64,000 nucleotides of DNA, taken from positions 81,468,001 through 81,532,000 of the forward strand of contig OZ024742.1 of NCBI GenBank assembly GCA_964016885.1. Reading direction: 5' to 3'. The stretch comes from Eledone cirrhosa (lineage: Eukaryota). The notes beneath the pieces are model-generated. The model made no database searches, had not been told where the DNA came from, and saw nothing but the letters and a program-made list of their open reading frames with translations. This document shows positions 59,173 through 64,000 of the stretch, piece by piece (within the stretch, counting starts at the first letter, position 1; each line of letters opens with the position of its first letter). The position numbers and the translations under genes are program-made.

Positions 59173-59754
59173 TTTCTTGATATATTTCTTTTTTCTTTTT
59201 CTTTTCTTTTTATTTCTAAGTTTATAGATACATTTATAAATAGGCAGTCTGCTGACACCGTTGAATACTGACCTCTCCCCCCCCACCTAATGTCTGTATC
59301 TGGATCTAAATATGTGTGGCAGTGTTTATGTGCGTGCATTAATGTCCATATGCTTATGATAATAGTATATACACATATATATGTGTGTGGGTGTGTGTGT
59401 GTGTATGTATGTTCGTAGTTATGTGTATGTTTATGCGTATACGCGCGTATGTGTGAGTATATGAATGTGTGTATATATTTATTTTATATTTTATATTTAT
59501 GTGTCTATACGCATTTTATCTGTAGATTATAAACTTACAGAGACATTAGCCTTGAATTTTTGTATTTACATACATCTTTTTGGCATGCGTATGCATGTGA
59601 ACATATATCTTTATGCATGTCTGTGAACGAAGTTAATTACATGTATATACACACGCCTAACTGCATAAACAGTTTGTATTTTCATTGGTCAATTTGAACT
59701 CTGTTCCCAAACGGACCTGAAATTTTGAATTGTTGTTATTATCAATAAATATAT

Positions 59755-59909
59755 TTCATTATTTCTGAAGACGGCATATATATGTGTTTGGTATGTATAT
59801 TTAATTTTGATAGTTTGTATAATTTTGTATAATTTTGTACATAGATCTGTTGAATATGCATGCCAATTCTAACACATATATATCCTAGAAACGATCGTTA
59901 AATAATGAA
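59755..59909 (+). ncRNA. Type I hammerhead ribozyme with ~116-nt stem II
   Basis: TTCATTATTT(59755-64)-CTGAAGA-long hairpin-GAAA(59888-91)-CGATCG-TT-AAATAATGAA(59900-09). Perfect 10-bp stem I and palindromic ACGATCGT stem III. Confidence 0.8.
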
Positions 59910-60106
59910 CTTTTTTTGTTTAATATAAGGAACTGTTTCATTGTTTTATTCATTATTTTTTTAATACTTTATCTTGACTCTGTATTCCGTTTATCTTTCA
60001 CCGAAAGTGATTTTTCATTGCATCTCTTCTTTCCATGATATCCGGATTACATTGAGTTCTTCATACGGATTGGACACTACCGTAAACTCTTGGTAGATTT
60101 ATCTAC

Positions 60107-60211
<105 letters not shown>

Positions 60212-60216
60212 CATAA

Positions 60217-60321
<105 letters not shown>

Positions 60322-60344
60322 GGTTTTTCACATATATATATATA

Positions 60345-61154
60345 CATCTGAGGACCCTGGTACAGATAGAGAGAAAGAGAAAAGAAATTGAGAAGGCGTA
60401 TGTCCTCATAGCGCCTCATATGGCGATACTAAGCCGTGTCCTCAGGGAGGAGAAAACCGAAGGGAGGGATGAGGAGAAGGAGAGGGAAAAGGAAGAGGAA
60501 AAAGAGGGGGAAAAGGAAAAGGAGGAGAGCACAAGCACGGACCTGAAAGAAAATGATATACCCTCCGCTACAGGCAGGGAGAGCAGGCCGGGAAACCATT
60601 AAGCTAAGGGCAAAGGTGAAAAGCGAAATCACCTTCCGAAGGAGAACCAAGCGCAGAGGGACCAGTGGACAACTGTTCAAAGAAAGAACAGAGAGCACCG
60701 AGACACTGGGAGAAAAAAACCCCAAGTAATGTGCAAGTTTTTCAAGAACGGGACATGCTGGCATGGAGAGACAGGGATGGGATGCAGATTCGCCCACCCT
60801 ATGTCTCAAACGAACTATGCCCATCATACTCGCGCAACATGCCCCAGCCTAAGCCGAAATAAGCCGCTCCAGAAGTATGCTGATGTCGCGCGTGCTGCAC
60901 CAACAAGGAGAAGGCACGCTCATGCCGACGAGATACAGATGGCAGCAGCAGATCAGAAAAATGTTTTAGTGATGGCAGAGAAGATTGTGGGACAGCTGAC
61001 CTGGCTGCATCGTCTCCAGAGCCAGGGTCATCCACACCAGCACTCGAGACCACCGCAGTTAAGGGACCCAGAGTGGCCGCCGCTGACACCAGACCAGGTG
61101 TCATACCGACAGCCATTACTGGCACCCCAAAAGTCACACCAGTGCTGCTGCTGA
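60345..61154 (+). pseudogene. LINE ORF1 remnant with CCCH zinc finger; one in-frame stop at 60600-602
   Basis: ORFs 60090..60602 and 60729..61154 are in the same frame; motif CKFFKNGTCWHGETGMGCRFAH. Confidence 0.7.
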
Positions 61155-64000
61155 ATGTCAGGGGCCTGGTGAAACTCAGCAACATGAGTAAAATTTCCTA
61201 CCTGGGAGACTTAGCCATAAGCAATCAAGCACTATGCATGGCACTAACCGAAACGCACCTGACAAGCAGTATAGCAGATGCAGAAATACATATACCGAAA
61301 TATACTTTATTTCGTTCGGACAGGAAGGAGAGAACTCATGGTGGGGTTGCTCTGTATATCCGTGAAGATGTCACACCAATTGTACTGTTGACACATTCAA
61401 ACTCAGTCTGTGACACACTGATAATACATATGAAGCAACTACAGACGGTAATATGTGTCACATATCGGCCGCCCGATGCCCCCAGTCATGAGGGTAAATT
61501 TGAGGATAGCCTAAGTAGGATAGAAGAGGTCCTTGACAAACTGGACCAGGGTCTCAACATCCTACTGCTGGGAGACTTCAACCTACCAAATGTCAAATGG
61601 CCTGAGGGCCACCTCCTCCCTGGAATGACGTCAATAGAACAGAGACAGACGGAATCCCTGCTGGCCCTCACACACAGGCTGTTCATGGAGCAAGCAATAC
61701 TCCTCCCAACAAGAGGCGAAAATGTCCTGGACCTCTGTTTTACAAACAACGAAGTGCTCATCCACAATGTAAAGGTGACACCAACAATTCTCTCGGATCA
61801 TAACTTGGTAGAGCTAATGATATGTGGTCCAAGAGAACCAACAGAGACAAAACCACCAAGAAGCTCCGGGACGCTATCCAGCCTTAACTTCTACGGGGCT
61901 GACTGGAAGAAGATTAAGAGTGAAATCCGGAAGCAAACATGGAGTGCAAACATCGCCACACAAGACACTAACACACAATTTCAACACTTCATGACAACGA
62001 TACACACCATATGCAAAAAGTGTGTCCCGCAGAAAGAGGCAAACAGACACAAAAATCTTATTCCCAGAGATAGGAAAATCCTTATGAGACGTAGAACTAA
62101 ACTCTCAAACCAGTTGAATAGTCAACAAAACCAAAACAAGAAGGAATCCTATTTGAAACGTGCACTACTTGACACCGAGATTGCACTCAAGCTTTCACAT
62201 GAGAATGAGAGGGCAAGGAAAGAGAACAGGGCCATAGAAAACATTAAAACAAACCCTAAGGCCTTCTTTAAATTTGCAAAAGAAACTGCCTCAGTACACT
62301 GCAAGATTGGACCACTCTTCCACACGGACGGTTCATTAACCGAAAATCCCCAAGAGATATGTGAAATACTGAACGAACAGTACAAAAGTGTCTTCACATG
62401 TCCACTGAGGCACATGCAAATAACGAAGCCAGAGGAGTTCTTTGATGCCACAACACTACATCAAGAAATGGCAACCATCAACCACATAGACATAACGGAA
62501 GAAGATGTGGTGTACGCCATTGATGAAATTAGAACAGACTCGGCTGCTGGACCTGATGGATTCCCAGCAGTTCTCCTAAAAATATGTAAGCGGGCCTTAG
62601 CAACTCCACTGAAGATGCTCTTCAGAAGCTCCTTGGCTAGCGGTGTACTACCCAGGGAGCTGAAAGAAGGCACAATATGCCCTATCCATAAAGGAGGTAG
62701 TAGAGCGGAGGCCAAGAACTATAGGCCAGTCTCCCTGACGTCGCATATCAGTAAGGTCATGGAGCGAGTCGTCAGAAAGAAACTAATCACTTTCCTCGAA
62801 GAAAATGACCGCCTGACTAGCACGCAACATGGCTTCCGCCCAGGAAGAAGCTGCCTTACACAGCTGCTACATCACTACGACTGGGTACTGAGACAGCTAC
62901 TAGACAGCTAACATGTAGACGTGATATATCTTGACTTTGCGAAGGCCTTTGACAAAGTCGACCACGGAATGATATGTCACAAACTACACGGACTCGGCAT
63001 AACTGGAAAAGTAGGTGAGTGGCTGCATGGCTTCCTGAGGGACAGAAGCCAGGCAGTCGCAGCAAATGGGGCCCTCTCGAGGGAAACACCGATAACAAGT
63101 GGGGTGCCTCAGGGGACAGTCCTGGGACCCCTACTGTTTTTGGTGGCTCTCTCGGACATGCCCTCTGTGGTGCATGCAACAACATCCCTCACTAGCTATG
63201 CTGATGACACTAAGGTAGCACAGGCAATCAAAAACCCGGCTGACGCTGCCCTCTTACAGCAGGATCTGGATGCCATATACAGATGGGCGGAAGAAAACAA
63301 CATGCAGTTTAATGCTGGCAAATTCCAAGCCCTACAATACAAACCTGCAAACACAAACACAAATATAGCGGAACACAGCTACACAGGACCAGGAGGGACC
63401 GATATCCCCGTGTCAAAATCGATACGAGACCTGGGCATAGACATGAGCGATGATGCATCTTTTTCTTCACACATCATGAAGGTGGCGACAGCATGTAGAC
63501 GATTCGCTGGCTGGATCTTGAGGACTTTCCATACAAGAGATCGAGACACCATGTTGACACTGTGGAGGACTTTTGTCCTAAGCCGCCTGGACTACTGCTC
63601 CCAGCTGTGGTCACCCCATAGTGTCAAACTAACCACAGAGCTTGAAGCAATCCAGCGAAGCTACACCAAGAGGATTGCCAAGATGAGGGAGACAAGCTAC
63701 TGGGAGAGGCTGAAGGAACTGAACCTCTACTCCTTGGAGCGAAGACGGGAGAGATACGCAGTGATCTACATGTGGAAAATCCTGGAGGGACTAGCACCAA
63801 ACTTTGGCATTGGGAGCTGGACCAACCGTCGAACAGGACGTCACTGTGTGGTGCCAAAAGTCCCGTCTTCCACATCTAGAATAAGGAACAGGTATTGCAA
63901 TAGCCTGGGATTCAAGGGCCCTCAACTCTTCAACAGGCTGCCGAGGCATCTGCGAGACTTGCATGACGTGGAGGTGGATGTCTTTAAGAAACATCTCGAC
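61073..64000 (+). pseudogene. LINE ORF2 (APE endonuclease + RT) with in-frame TAA at 62909-11
   Basis: LNVRGL, LTETHL, YRPP, GDFNLP, LDLCFTN, SDHN, AAGPDG, NYRPVSLTS and QHGFR. The same frame continues after the stop: YLDFAKAFDKVDH, GVPQGTVLGP, YADDTK. Confidence 0.93.

Larger units (their letters stand above)
60345..64000 (+). mobile_element. CR1-group LINE, 5'-truncated in (TA)n, runs off window
   Basis: ORF1 remnant plus ORF2 with APE and RT domains. Confidence 0.92.

Overview
This is an AT-rich animal genomic window made almost entirely of retroelements and microsatellites; no host protein-coding gene could be supported. The SINE types and repeat landscape suggest a cephalopod (octopus-like) genome, which is an inference. 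Non-LTR retrotransposons: two decayed Tx1/L1-clade LINEs, one intact-looking R4/Dong-type element (RT + CCHC + restriction-like endonuclease) with a 5'-truncated sister copy in (TAA)n, an RTE fragment and a CR1-group LINE whose ORF1 has a CCCH finger. There are also at least six Penelope-like element (PLE) copies or fragments (Neptune-like and Naiad-like), several tRNA-derived SINEs, more than 10 kb of (TA)n arrays and a 200-N gap. The most interesting signals are non-coding. (1) About nine type-I hammerhead ribozyme motifs with short, mostly palindromic stem III; several have an unusually long stem II, and they sit at PLE 3' ends or in tandem/inverted repeats next to (TA)n. (2) A near-intact Naiad-like PLE is enclosed by ~1.7-kb inverted repeats, each carrying the long-stem-II hammerhead. 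(3) A predicted double-pseudoknot RNA lies at the 5' end of the R4/Dong element. (4) A recurrent CCAAT/E-box/E2F motif cassette occurs in PLE-associated terminal sequence. All RNA structures were paired by eye and are untested.
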